Origin: Enoplolaimus lenunculus
Lineage: Eukaryota
Length of the DNA stretch: 64,000 bases
Direction of reading: 5' to 3'
Assembly (NCBI GenBank): GCA_030248215.1
Contig: JASANG010003345.1
Coordinates: 186,001-250,000 of the forward strand
A program made the translations under genes and the position numbers. Below, piece by piece: positions 39,656 to 52,300 of the stretch. Numbering within the stretch: position 1 is the first letter of the stretch; each line of letters opens with the position of its first letter. The notes beneath the pieces are model-generated. The model was not told the DNA's origin and searched no databases. It saw only the letters and a list, made by a program, of their open reading frames with translations.

Positions 39656-42600
39656 TTAACGCACTTGTTCAATAAACACTGGCAAATTGATCAAACAACA
39701 CGACCCGTTACTTGATGGCGAAAGCGCTTGCAATACCTCTTCTGTCGGACCTCTCGAATCGTTCGTGGCTGCAACTAACCCCAAGCTATTACGAGCCTCT
39801 AATTTGATTACATCATTAGCGCATTTATCACGATTTCCTGTTGCAAATAAACAAATACCATCTTGTTGCACATTGAGATTCGTTTGTCGTTGTCGGCCTT
39901 TCTGATCTTCGCATATCTTTTGAATGTCATCATTTAGCACCTCAGTTCGCGTTGATGTCATCAAACAACCCAATGATTCTAGTTCGATTTGATTGACAGC
40001 TGTTTCGATTGTATCGTTCTCTTGAGCAACACCATCAACAACATCAACTTCACAATTATCCATTCTAGGTTCTACGCGAGTACCAGCTTTCCTAGTGACT
40101 CTAAACCCATTCCAGTTTAAACTTATTACATCGCCGTTTCCATTATCACTACAATCGCTTAAGCTTCTAGATAGACGTAAAGCTCTCAGTTTAGTAGCTG
40201 AAAATCTGGCCACTTTACCAGCGGCAAGTTCTGCTACATGATTCTGTTCAGAGACGCAAGAATCAGAGCAACCGCCATCTATCACAGGTCTCTCCCCGAC
40301 AGATCCAGATTGTTTCCCATTTTCCGTTGAACTCGACAAAGACATACATGAACTACTTGAACAAATTCCTAAATCATCCGGCTGATCCTTCAATCTAACA
40401 CCCATTATTCGACCATCGTTACCGTTCCTCAACTTTGACCAAGTCGCAGCGTTTGCAGCCCACTCGACAGTGCCACCAAGCGAACCATCAGGGACAACAT
40501 ACTCCATTTCCCCTAAATTTCCGCGTAATTCAGGCCAGCTTCCATTCTTTGCCCTAATCCGATGTGCTACTACGTCTTCAATAAACCCCAGCCTTAGCAG
40601 ATGTCTTACCTCCCGATTTCCATGGCCCGAACCCGCAGTTGGATAGTCTAACACCAACTGGCTATCTTCCAAACCAAAATCCGTCAAAGACAATTTGCGT
40701 TGACCACTACAACCTCCGGACGAAACCGTTGTCGCTACTGAATTCCGACCCGAATCACTTGTCCAGTCACAGGTCATTTCGCTTGGATCGCCAAGATCTT
40801 GCACGTTACAACCGGAGGGCTTGGTGCGGTGGTCACTGAACTGTGAATACCCTGTCGCGCAATGATTATGAATCTGACTAACGGGAAAGTCACAACCCTG
40901 GAATCTATCTTCTTCGTCTACAACATTGGCTTCTCGTTCTTCTACCGATGAATTTATCTTGGACAGCAGTTGCGATGCGGTTTTATTTCCCGCACTTGTC
41001 GTAAGGTTAGACCCTTCACACGGTGGAGTCACCGCGTGGACTAATCTAGCACGCTTCTTTGCCGGCAGTCCACAACTAAAGGTCGATTTCAGCACACCAG
41101 AAAAACATCCCATCGCCGCTGGCGAAATCTCTTTGTCCACAGGCCAAGATAACGACCGCGCCCTTGTCTCCGCACTGACCCTCGCCAGCTCTACCGTGCT
41201 CAATAAGCTCTGCTCCGAATCCACACTCGCCCCACCCGTCGCCACAGATTCGCTAGGATCAAACCTGGAAATGTTCCGAAATCTCGTAAATTCCCCGTCA
41301 CAACTGACCGCTTTATAAACAGATCGTTTCCAACGACATTGTTCGCTTCGAAAATACTTTGCCAGAAGCCAATCGCGTGCACAGCTTTCACCAACCGGAA
41401 CATCCTGTCCAAATTCATCCGAACCGGACCCGCCGCTCGTTTCCTCGTATTCCATTTCTTCTCTCTGGTTTCGGCAGCTCCGCTCTGACCCGCTAACTCT
41501 CGCTCCCATTTTTGATTTGAGCTCCACTTTATCTCTTACCGGTGTTACCCCTCGCGCTCGTTCAATGACACCCAACGACCGTGGTACTCCACACCTATAT
41601 TTCCGATAACATAGCTCCTGATCAGTTAATCTCGTTTTCATCTTGGATGCCAGGATGAGATCACTTGCGGTCGTTGTATCAGTCACCATGGTCTCTTGTG
41701 GCACTCTAGACCTAAATATCGCCGGAGATATTTCAATATTATCTTCATCACAGTTTGTTGTCGTAGTTGCCGCCGCAGCCCTAGGCTGCGCAATTGAAGC
41801 GTTATGAGGAATTTCACGAATTGGCGCCAGCTCCAGCCGTTTAAGCCGATACGCAAGCTTCTGTGGATCGAGTGACTTTCCAGTGGCCACAACAGTAGCA
41901 GCAATTTTCTGCGATGTTTTCGTTCCAGAAAATGACGCTGTTCTGCTAGTTTGTGGCGACTTGCTAGCATGATGCCGGCGTCGCTTTTGTGACAGAAACA
42001 ACATCCTCGCATTGCGTCTGGGACAAACTCCACAACAACTACAACTTTCCACACGCATAGCAGAATATCCATCTACTTCCTTAACGTTATCAGTATCACA
42101 CAAGCAGCAACCGACTTTACCACCGCCGAATTTTAGACGTTCCAAACCACACCCGTAATAATTTAAAGCTCCATTCGCGGTTTCGCTTTTCGTCAACAAA
42201 CACTGCAAGTCAGAACCGCCGGGCACCCCTTCAATTCGGCCCGAAACCACGTTCCCAGTCGCTGTCTTCCTATGTTCTGCTTCCTTATCAACTTTTTCAT
42301 TTCCATTCAAGGTAGAGTTGTGCTGTTCACTGTCGACATTTACAAATTTGGTTCCAATCGCTAGGTGCTTAGGCTTAGCTGAATCGTTGACGTCTGGCTC
42401 CCCACCAAAATTTTTCGCCTCGTCTTGGGGCGAAAATACTTCGTCCGGTGACGTACAACAACCCGTCACTTGACTATCGGAATCACTTTCAATTTGTGCG
42501 TTGCCAACGGAATGCGACAGTTGAATTAGTTGCTTGGAACTACTACATCTTTCAACATTATTTCTATGAGGCATACACCATTCACTTATACCTTCGCCAA

Positions 42601-43307
42601 CTTCGCCGTTACTTAACGCATGATCTATCGTAGCTTGCCTCTCAACTAGCGCTTCTGCACAGCCGCAACCACGAACTGCATGTCCTGAGACATATACAAA
42701 CCCGTCCAATCTTTCCACAGCTGGAATCGTACCCGGTGCCCCAATATCTATCCCAATCATCCTATCAAGCGCCCCAGAATCTTTATGATGACAGCTCAAA
42801 CGCCGGTAACACCACTCGCAACACTTACAGCCAACCTTCAATTTCACTAGTCCACTAATGCGCTCAAAACCATCATTGCACTGATTTTCATACTTGGCAC
42901 ACCTCCCAGAGCGCCCCAGAGCGCACTCTCTCCTGTCATTTTCGCTTTGCATCCACCAACACTCCCTACAACAATGACGCCAACCGTCACCTCCAGCTGC
43001 GGCGGTACGGCCGTTTCCATCGCCAGCTGCTCCGGCAGCAGATTTACTTCCAGATCCGGCTGACGGCGGAACAGCGGTCAGCATAGATAGCGGCGGGGCT
43101 GTTGATCCGCTACCGGCCATGGTCCCTCCGCCGCCACAGCCTTCATCGTCCCGATCTGAGCTATTGCCACCGCTCCTACGTCTCCCGGTCCCGTTTCCGT
43201 GACCAGCACAACGTGCTTTGATCAAACTCAAACGACGCTTTTCCGCTGACGCCGAATCATCATCGGACGCTTCTGAGCTCGAACACGATGTTGACCGCCG
43301 CGAACGG
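39656..43307 (-). CDS. SNRK: SNRK-like, 3.65-kb terminal exon (RSRRSTSCSSSEASDDDS...SCCLINLPVFIEQVR*)
   Basis: Acceptor gttttag|C, phase 2. Begins with the SNRK-typical SCSSSE.SDDDS...RRL motif and stays open for about 1,216 codons to TAA at 39656. Confidence 0.83.
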
Positions 43308-43624
43308 CTAAAACAAGTGCTGGCATTAATTATTTCTCACACGAGTATGAGATACGAAATGTGCCAGTCAGAAATTTATCCTTGTATGAAATAGAAAAAT
43401 TTACGTCAAATAAGGTTAAGCAGATAATTACATTACAAAGTAAAATTCAAACTAGCCATTATACCTAAGGTTCAAAACAAATCTAATCAACTCACTAATC
43501 AGTGCATTGTTTTAAAATGTCACACTATACCCAAGCTGGCACCTCCCCCCCGAACCCACGAGAACTTTAACCAAAAACATTAACAACCCTACAACACCAT
43601 CCAAAAACCAATCAAGTGTCCTAC

Positions 43625-45363
43625 CTGTATAACGCCACTGTGCTTCGTTCGTATCTTCGTATAATATCTGGTGATACTATAGCTTGTCGATGACGAACAG
43701 CGCGTACCTTTGAGTACGTTGCAGATCCTGTTCCGGGTGAAGGACGGAGGATCCCGGCCCCAGCTGTCAGCCCTGCCACTGTTGAGGGCAACAGATCAGC
43801 GTTTGCTGACATTGACATTGCATTGCCGTTGTTTGTTTCAGCTATCCGGTTGCTCGACCGTAGTTGATGTATCGGGCAACAATAACGTTTCAGTTGTTGT
43901 TGTTGTTGCTGTAGTGGTTGTGTTTCTTGTTCCTGTTGTTGCATCTGCGGCTCTCGGCGGCCCATCGAACTACAATCACCACAGGAATGTTGACTGTCAT
44001 CTCTTCGTTTCGCCAAGCCATCACCACTGCATTCATAGCGACAATCTTGTGTTACAAGTGTTGATGATGTTGTCGCAGCTGTTTCTGTTTCTGCTACCAT
44101 CCGAACCGATTGCTGGGTCGACGGCATCGTCGTCGCTCCGGTTTGTGGTTGCGCGATGCCATGCTGCGTCACCGGAGCAGTTGTGCTGGCGATTAGCGAC
44201 GACGGCGTTCGCGTTCCGACAATATGTCCGCCAGATGACGCAACATCAGCTTCCATGGTGCCCAGTGATTGAATGAGATGTGCTGTTGGATTGCAATCTT
44301 CTACATTTTCATGGTGAAGACAGTTGCTGTGGTTGTTGTTTGCGGCGTGTGGAAGGATTCGATGATAATGATGATGATACTGATGTCGATACTGGTAATG
44401 TTCACAATGGATTGAAGCGTGGGAATGTTGAGGTTGATGTTGCTGCTGTTGTTGCGGTTGTTGTTTTTGTTGCTGGTGTTGTTGTTGCAGCTGTGGTTGT
44501 TGTTGACTCAATCCACCCGAACAGAAGCGACACTCTCCGCCACTTGTTTCCCTTGTCGAACGAGCCTCTTCTTGTTGGCCGCAATTTTCTTGCCCGGACA
44601 TCGACGTTAACCCCGATGACCCTTCATCGCTTGCATCATTTTTCGGCGTTGTCACCCCACGAGTTGCACCTAAAACAGGCATCGGCAAACAGCTGCACCC
44701 GCCGCTAGCAACAGTTGGTACTTTGGTACCGGCTACCGGCATAGAACCAGCGGCAGACGCTGCTGCAGCTGCTGTCGCACACTCCTCGCATTCTTCAAAA
44801 ATTTCGACAAGCTGTGGCGACGAGCTGACGGCAGGCAATGTACCGCTTGCACTCCCAGCAAATCCAGTAGCCAATCGCAGTAGGCTACCACGACCTCCCA
44901 GCTTGCTGGCGGTCGCGCACGCCAGGGTGCCCAGTTGCTGACCGGACATCAACTGACCGCCGCTGATCGTTCCGGTTAACAATTTACCGCTACAAGGATT
45001 AGCCGAGTGGGCGGCTGACGTTAACAAAGTGCCAGCGCGGGGTTGTTGAAAATGAGTCGGCGAAGGCGATCGAGAATTACCACCCACAGACGACTGGCTT
45101 GTTGTTCGGCCGCGTGAGCTTGACCTCGACGAACATGCGCTCACCGTCGCCGAGCCGGACGCAACTCCGCTTCCGGGTGGCGCTATGCCTCCGGAAACTG
45201 CACCACTAAATGGCATAGACTTACCAACAAAATGCCGCGATTTTGTTGGTCCACTGCTGGTCATTCCGCTTGTTCCAGTTATCGATTGTGACGCTTCAGG
45301 TTTACTCGAGCCATGAGACGTTGCTTGTTGATCTCCGGATAACATCTCTGACGAGTTTATCGA
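43625..45363 (-). CDS. SNRK: SNRK-like, 1.7-kb exon with SSSPQLVEIFEE motif
   Basis: Acceptor tttttctag|, phase 0; donor AG|gtagga, phase 2. Contains ORF 43621..45345. The motif resembles SNRK SAPVLNQIFEE (recalled). Confidence 0.83.
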
Positions 45364-45912
45364 CTAGAAAAATCAAAATTTTAATCTAATTTTTACAATA
45401 CAATTTTGTTTTTAGCTCAAGCGTGAAATTTTACAAAAATGCATACAACAAATAGAAAACGTAACATTTGCGTAAGTGAACATGGCAGTGTTAATAGTTG
45501 TATATTGCGCAACATATGAGTGCCGTGCACCCTTTATGCGTTCGGTTTTCGAGTTGCCTGTAGAAGTACTACGCTTCAGCTTTTGGTCGGGTGTCTCGCT
45601 ACAAGACAAAGGTGTTTCATGCCCATCGATTACTCGTGTTAGCCCCTTAAAACACTGCCGTCACCACGTACACTTACAAGGGCTTAACCCAAACTCCTTA
45701 CCCACCTTCTAGAAGTCTATAAAACTTCCGACTACTTGCTCTTGACTCTTATAAACATACGATAAAGTAACTTTCTAACCGAGAACCAAACAAACACACG
45801 CTAAGAGGAAGCCACCCCCCAGTGTCATCACACATAAATTAACTACATTGTGTATCCACCAATACCTTTCCTGGTAACTACAAACAGTATACAAAAAGCA
45901 GCCAGTACTTAC

Positions 45913-46321
45913 CGCAGCATCAACAACAAATCGCTTGGCAGGGACTGTATGCCCCGCCGCGCCATCTTGTTCGGAGCCACAGACAGCCCCGTTCTCTGCA
46001 TTGCTGTGTTTATCAAGCACAACGGCTGTGGTAACGAACCGTGGCGGCTGGCCCATATCGGTTCGTTTCTCAGCCATGGCACTTGTATGGGTAGCCACGC
46101 GGATGCACGGTCCTTCATTTTTTGGAGCCGCCTCCACCGTCGTCGCTACCCGGCCTGCCAAATTGCGTATCGATGGTTCTCGAGACTTTATTGCCTGTTG
46201 TTGCTGGTGGTGGTGGAGGTTGTGGTGGTGTTGTTGGTGTTCATCTTCTTCGGATTCTTCTTGAACAATTGAGCAAACGCGAGTTCGTGGTTTTCTTTGA
46301 TCAAGCTGCAGTTGTTGCTGC

Positions 46322-46370
<49 letters not shown>

Positions 46371-46523
46371 GCTGTTGGTGTTGCTGATGATGTTGCTGCT
46401 GTGATTGTTGTTCATTTACTCGATTTTGTTGCGATTTACCCATACTGAGACCAGCTTTGACCGTCTCTCCGTTAGACAGCATGCTTGAATCTCTATCATC
46501 CGCAGCACTCGACCCATTTGTTC
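45913..46523 (-). CDS. SNRK: SNRK-like, poly-Gln exon with CSIVQEESEEDE motif
   Basis: Acceptor ttttccag|GA, phase 1; donor GCG|gtaagt, phase 0. The acidic motif resembles the SNRK C-x-x-x-x-EE acidic block. Confidence 0.82.
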
Positions 46524-46723
46524 CTGGAAAATTAAACATTACGCAAAGTCGAGATAAGCACTCTGTTCTTTAATTTTGGCCAGACCGACACTAGGTAGTG
46601 TTTTTGCATCTGCTACTAAAACGGTTCATTATAATTATTGAGTAGCCTGCAAAATGCGAGCAAGACAGACTGGAAGGTTTAGATTTAGACGTAAGATTAA
46701 AATAAGTATAAGGTCATTTTTAT

Positions 46724-46832
46724 GCTTAGGCGTACACTCAGGCGTAGGTTTTTATGTGTAGGCTTAGGTTTAGGCGTACTATTAGGCTTAGGTTTAAGCG
46801 TAGGATTAGGTATAGGTTGAGGCGTAGGCTAA
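46724..46832 (+). repeat. Degenerate telomere-like (TTAGGC)n tract in an SNRK-like intron
   Basis: Run of hexamers such as ttaggc, gtaggc, ttaggt and gtagga in register. Confidence 0.65.
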
Positions 46833-47482
46833 GGGGGCCTTCATACGTATATAACGTGGGCCACTAAAATAGGCCAAAAATTTTCGATCTATCTTTAGAC
46901 CAAAAAATATATATGCAACAAATGACCCAGTCGATAAATAAGATATATAAATACAAAAGCAGGAACCGAATAAAGCCGAAAGGCTTAGAAAATTAAAATC
47001 AGATCAACTTTTTTAAACAAAGAATTGGACGTATCCACAGGGTTGTAGTAAGCTCAATATGCTCGGGGGGAAGCTAAACAAACTTTACGACGGACATGCA
47101 AGTATGTCTGATGACTTACAAACGGAGCTCAAACATTTCAGGGTTTGCACTAAAACTTATCTAGAAATGCTGAAACCTTCCTAGCCCTTCTCAGGAAGTG
47201 GGCCCGGCTGTTCCAGTTTCTTTTCAGTGTAAAAACTTCACAATTACTGGCATTCAAATACAACAATTTAACTTTAGCAAGCAACAACGGGAGAGTGAAA
47301 AGTTGTTTTTGATATTCAGCTTAAAATGTAAACTTTGCCGCTTCAGGAGTTATTGTTTAAAGTCAGAATCAGTGCAATGGAGCTTAATTCTGGAAGCTTG
47401 CGAAATTATAAATAATTAAATTAAGACATAATGGTAATAGCTTACTAACCAGACTATGACCGACACCAAACAGTCTAGGTCT

Positions 47483-47579
47483 GGGTTCTCGGGTCTCGGT
47501 TCTTGGGTCTCGGTCTTGGGTCTCGGTTCTCGGGTCTCGGTCTTGGGTCTCGGTTTTTGACTGAGACCGCACATCCCTG
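47483..47579. mobile_element. One end of a hAT-like MITE with GGTCTC subterminal tandem repeats
   Basis: Tandem gggtctcggt(t/c) units ending in gcacatccctg, the reverse complement of CAGGGATGTGC (cf. 27053). Confidence 0.55.
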
Positions 47580-48246
47580 ACTATGACCCAAGAAGAAGAA
47601 GAAGAAGAAGACCCTTTTCAATGAAACCAACCAAAAATTAATTATGTACACATATACTTTAAAAAAAGAATCAAATGGATTCTTCATTTCACGTTAGTGT
47701 TACATCTTGACTTGCATTGAAATACAATCGCAGCAAAAAAATATCTAATAACTTCAGCTCCACAAGTTAAAACAAGCATTATGATATCTACGACCGTTAA
47801 CCGCAAACATCCGATATCCGCCAGGTGTACACCGGATGTCGCATTTGCCGCATATAAAACCGGAACTGGATATTCGGTCTATCCCGGACCGAAGCTACGA
47901 ACGTAACCGCTAGAATCCAACAGGAACTACATTTCTCAGGAATCAACAACAAGCACAGAACTTCAATTTTTCGCCAGTAAATAGAACAGGAACTGAATAC
48001 AAAGATATTACGCTACAGAATCACTGCTAGCAGCTAATCGACTGTAACGCCGAATGAAATAGCTATATTGAATCGCCCTCTTAGCGTTTACATAGCTAGT
48101 TTTCCAAGTTCTATCAAAACATACTGTCGAGAAATTTGCGCAAACAGATACAAATCGCACAAACTGTCTGCCTTGCACTAAAATGCATTCTGACGTTAAT
48201 TTGTATTTTTAAGCTGATACTTCATCGTCTGCCACAAAATCGCAAA

Positions 48247-48638
48247 CATTCCTGTTTTTGCGTCTTTGAATACCGGTACCGAGAACACGAACAGCATTTC
48301 CTGTTTTTGCGTCTTTGAATACCGGTACTGAGAACACGAGCAGCATTTCCTGTTTTTGCGTCTTTGAATACTGCTACCGAGAACACGAACAGCATTTCCT
48401 GTTTTTGCGTCTTTGAATACCGGTACCGAGAACACGAACAGCATTTCCTGTTTTTGCGTCTTTGAATACCGGTACCGAGAACACGAACAGCATTTCCTGT
48501 TTTTGCGTCTTTGAATACCGGTACCGAGAACACGAACAGCATTTCCTGTTTTTGCGTCTTTGAATACCGGTACCGAGAACACGAACAGCATTTCCTGTTT
48601 TTGCGTCTTTGAATACCGGTACCGAGAACACGAACAGC
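48247..48638. repeat. 49-bp minisatellite, 8 copies (CATTTCCTGTTTTTGCGTCTTTGAATACCGGTACCGAGAACACGAACAG)
   Basis: Unit starts at 48295, 48344, 48393, 48442, 48491, 48540 and 48589; near-identical, no spacers. Confidence 0.95.
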
Positions 48639-50060
48639 GCTTGGATTTTAGCAGAAACTGTCACCGGAACAGGATTTCCGGTGCAGCCCTGGCGACTCAT
48701 CTCAATTGTAACGGTTCGCCTTTGCACAAAAAATAGATGTGTTGTACCAAACATTTGCGATAAATTCCTTCAAGCGAAAGCGGTGCTGGATTATGATATA
48801 TGCTCGACAATTCGTCGCCCGACAATTTGTAATCCGAAATCCGTCCAGCTCAACAACAAGTTTTCAACAACTTCTTGTTGCCCATCATTAGGCTTAGCTT
48901 GTACAACATGCGTAGTCTTAGGAATTATTACGTAAGCGATAAGCTGTTCCGGGCGAAGAATTGTCGTATAGATTTCGTTTAGGTACTACAGAAGCAAAAC
49001 CGTTTCCAAAATACTGCCCAGATAACATATTATCGTAGGATCTTGTACACTTTTCCCCACATCTCTGATATAGGTTTCGACAGAGGATGCGTAGGCAACA
49101 AAAGTTTAAGCTTAGCGTTAAATAATGTTTTTTTTTTCCGAAACCTCATCCAAAGCATGTGGGAGAGAAGTGCACAATGAGCCATATTATACAGAGAGCG
49201 TATAAAAAAACGACTGCCACCACAAGACTCACGGCTATTGAGCGAATCACAAGATACTGATTTGAGGCTAGTATACGACAAGAAATGAAGACACAACAAC
49301 TTTGACACGCAAAATTCAATACATCCTTGAATAACATTTAACAACGATACACATTCAATGTGGTTGGGGTTTGCAGACGGTAAGAGTTGCACTATACTCG
49401 CCGCCGTGAGCCGCGTCGGCCGTCGCTGCGCGACACGGCAAACTGTTTTACTCAAAATTGCCGTACGCCGCTGCGCGCCTTGAAATAGATTTTGTCTATA
49501 TTTTTGTTAGCAACGCATCATAGCGGTGCGTTGCGGCATCCGGACTAGTGAAGTATAGTGCAATCCTAACTGTTGCACATAATTTTCCCGTCCCGTGTGT
49601 GCCAAATACGTTCTGCGGTGTTTGAAATATTACAGTTTTTAAGCGTGTTTTGCTTAGCAACCGCCTCTGCTTGCCAAAAGTGCGACACTTAGTCATATCT
49701 TTCGGCACAAACCCGAAACGCAACACCAGGTCACACACATGAGGTGTCAACATGTAAACTAAGCACTCGCAACCGAAACCCGAAATTAGTATACAGATAT
49801 CACACGAAAACATGCTTATCTTCATACCGTCATTCAACTTAGCTTAGCTTATTGAATTTCCATTGGTCCCCAAACGCCATTTCCATGTTCAATCTCAACC
49901 GCACGTTTTCACCTATTACACGCTACGGATGGACGCTACCATTTTCGCAAGGGATTGACGTACACAAACGTTTCGATATATTTGCGGTGACTACCCCTAC
50001 ATTTCGTTTCACGCACATCGCATTTACGTGCATTGCACCTACAACAACCGTTTTACTTAC

Positions 50061-50334
50061 CCGGTAACCGCGCGACTGATTTCCTAATCATTTTATCCGA
50101 TCTGTTGCTGTTGTCAACAACGCTACATTTGTTTTCAATGTCATTCCGTATCGCAGGATCAAAGGTGGAACCTTTGGAATCAACTGGCAGACCTGGAGCC
50201 GTAAACGACAACCCTCCAACGCTTGTTGATGTACTGTCGCCGCTACTTGTATCCGGTGAAGCTTCATGCATTGTTGTCGTTGTTGTTGTTGTTGTTGTCG
50301 CTATTGTCACTGTTGTAACTGGTAGATTATTTCG

Positions 50335-50369
<35 letters not shown>

Positions 50370-50560
50370 GCTGTCGTTGTTGTTGTTGTTGTTGTAGTTG
50401 TTGGTATTGTTTTTGTGGTTGCAGTTTCAGTTGTTGTTGCTGCTGATGTTGACGTTTGTACTCATACAGTTTTGTAACTCCGTCGTCGCAACTACCGTCT
50501 TCTTGTCCTTCATCTTCTTCGACAATTGTCTCAGCGTTCCCAATATAAGACGTGTCTTCG
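50061..50560 (-). CDS. SNRK: SNRK-like, poly-Gln/Thr exon
   Basis: Acceptor tttttaag|C, phase 2, in frame with ORF 50053..50592. Donor G|gtaagt, phase 1. Confidence 0.78.
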
Positions 50561-51040
50561 CTTAAAAACAGTTTTCGTACATTTTTTGACATTTATAACT
50601 AAAAATTATGCATATAAACACACGTTTGCAAAGCCAACATTACGTTTCATAGGAAACGGTAGGTACAAACAAGTAAGACTCAGGGTGTCGCTATATATTT
50701 CGATTATTTTTACGCCGTTCGGAGCTGTTCGGAGGTGTTCGGCTATGCCCGCTGCTGTTCCGTTCCGCCTGACGTCGTGCGGCAAAGTACTGAATCGCAT
50801 GTGAATTAGAGCGTGCAGCGCCTAGCAATAATTAATAAACGAATTTTTTAACTTGTTGGTCGCCGTCCTGCGACGGACAGCACCGCACGATATGTAAAGC
50901 GCCTAGAGGTTCATTTTCGTTCTAGTAGCCTATTTGTGTTATCCTTTTGGCGGCACTTCACGTGTAAAAGATATATAATTTGTCCTGAATAGCAGTTTAG
51001 CCGACGGGCTACGACGACCCATACAAATATCCGCGAATAC

Positions 51041-51259
51041 CTTTTAAACGCTTGTTCGCTCAACCACTGCACTTTCAATTGTTCTGCAGTTGTTTTTGCA
51101 TCAACTGACGTCGGCAACGTATCCGGTTCGACATCAGCGCTTGGCGAAGAACTGTTTACCAATCGCGCCGCTTGTTCGTGTCGTTCTTTGCGTAACATAC
51201 GTTCTGCCAGCAGATAGTACGTCGCTGTTAAATACGAATATTCGTCCGCTTCGAGTGCA
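51041..51259 (-). CDS. SNRK: SNF-related kinase (SNRK-like), exon encoding the end of the UBA domain
   Basis: Acceptor ttttag|T, phase 2; reads ALEADEYSYLTATYYLLAERMLRKERHE, matching the SNRK UBA-end motif as I recall it (ALE...Y..ITATYFLLAERILRE). Donor AG|gtattc, phase 2. Confidence 0.85.
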
Positions 51260-52300
51260 CTAAAACCAAATAAATAAATAAACTAAATAAAGACAATATA
51301 ACTCGAATACTGTTTACATTTTAGTGAAGCTGGAACGTCCACTAATACGCAATTCGCGCATTAATGGCGTTCATTTTTGGCGCTTTTATTTATTCTGTAA
51401 ACAGAGAACAGAACAAATTCGCAATGACTACAAGAATGGATGAACTGCAGTGTTACAAGACGTTGGGCGTTGCAACAATTATGTATATGTCATAGCCACC
51501 AAACCAATTTAGACATATTGCAAAATAAATATGCCTAGCCACAGCGCCAATTAGCAGTGTCACAGTGGCAGCCACCGTACGAAATGGTTTATATGTTGGC
51601 AATTTTTTCATAACTGCACGCAATTAAAGAGTAAATAAAGCTGACGGGACGCCAAAAAAATGCACTAACAAATTATTGACCAATCACTTACCCGATATGT
51701 ATATAAAATACCCTGTTGTTTGCAAAAATGGGCAAAATTCTATATCGTAAGCATAGAATTGATTATTTTTAACCAATCAGAATTGATTATTTTTAATCAA
51801 TTATTTTTAACCAATCAAGAGCCGTTGCCGCGAACACCAGCTCGTGTGACAATAAGTGTGGTGACTACGACATATATCAGGGGGATCGACTGAATATTAA
51901 TTTTACTGGATGTCTGAACCGGATGGTAAATGTTTTACCGGAACTGGAGCGGGTTGTTAACCGGATATAGGATCCATCTATTTTTCGCACGGTTGCTAGT
52001 TGTTGAGAGATGAAAACTATATGTATTATGTTTACTTTACTAATTTCAAATTGTTGGCATAGGTTTTTCATTTCAATTACATAAACCCCCAAACACCTGC
52101 AAGGAGGTACGGCGAAAACACAACCTCTACTGATACATTTTCCACCGTGTAAATGCCAACTAGTTGTACACTTTTGTCTAAGTGTGATCATCCACTCTTG
52201 GTAATATAGATAGATATAGCAGCAGTTAATAATTCAATCATTATTCTAAAACAAGGAAGTGATTTGAAGCCGACATTTCCTACATGTGATTTGTAGGCAT

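Noticed and set aside
39656..43231. 1191-aa ORF as a standalone gene, retroelement or viral insertion
   Set aside because: No RT, integrase or transposase motifs. It has an in-phase acceptor at 43308 and begins with an SNRK-type motif.
46724..46832. True telomere or chromosome-fusion scar
   Set aside because: Too short and degenerate, intronic, and similar patches are dispersed as parts of MITEs.
48247..48638. 49-bp repeats as a CRISPR array or repeat protein
   Set aside because: Units are head-to-tail with no unique spacers, there are no cas genes, and the context is a eukaryotic intron. The ORFs are by-products of the repeat.
51690..51712. 21-nt phase-2/2 microexon candidate before a gtaagt donor
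   Set aside because: Too short to distinguish from chance, and the acceptor lacks a pyrimidine tract.
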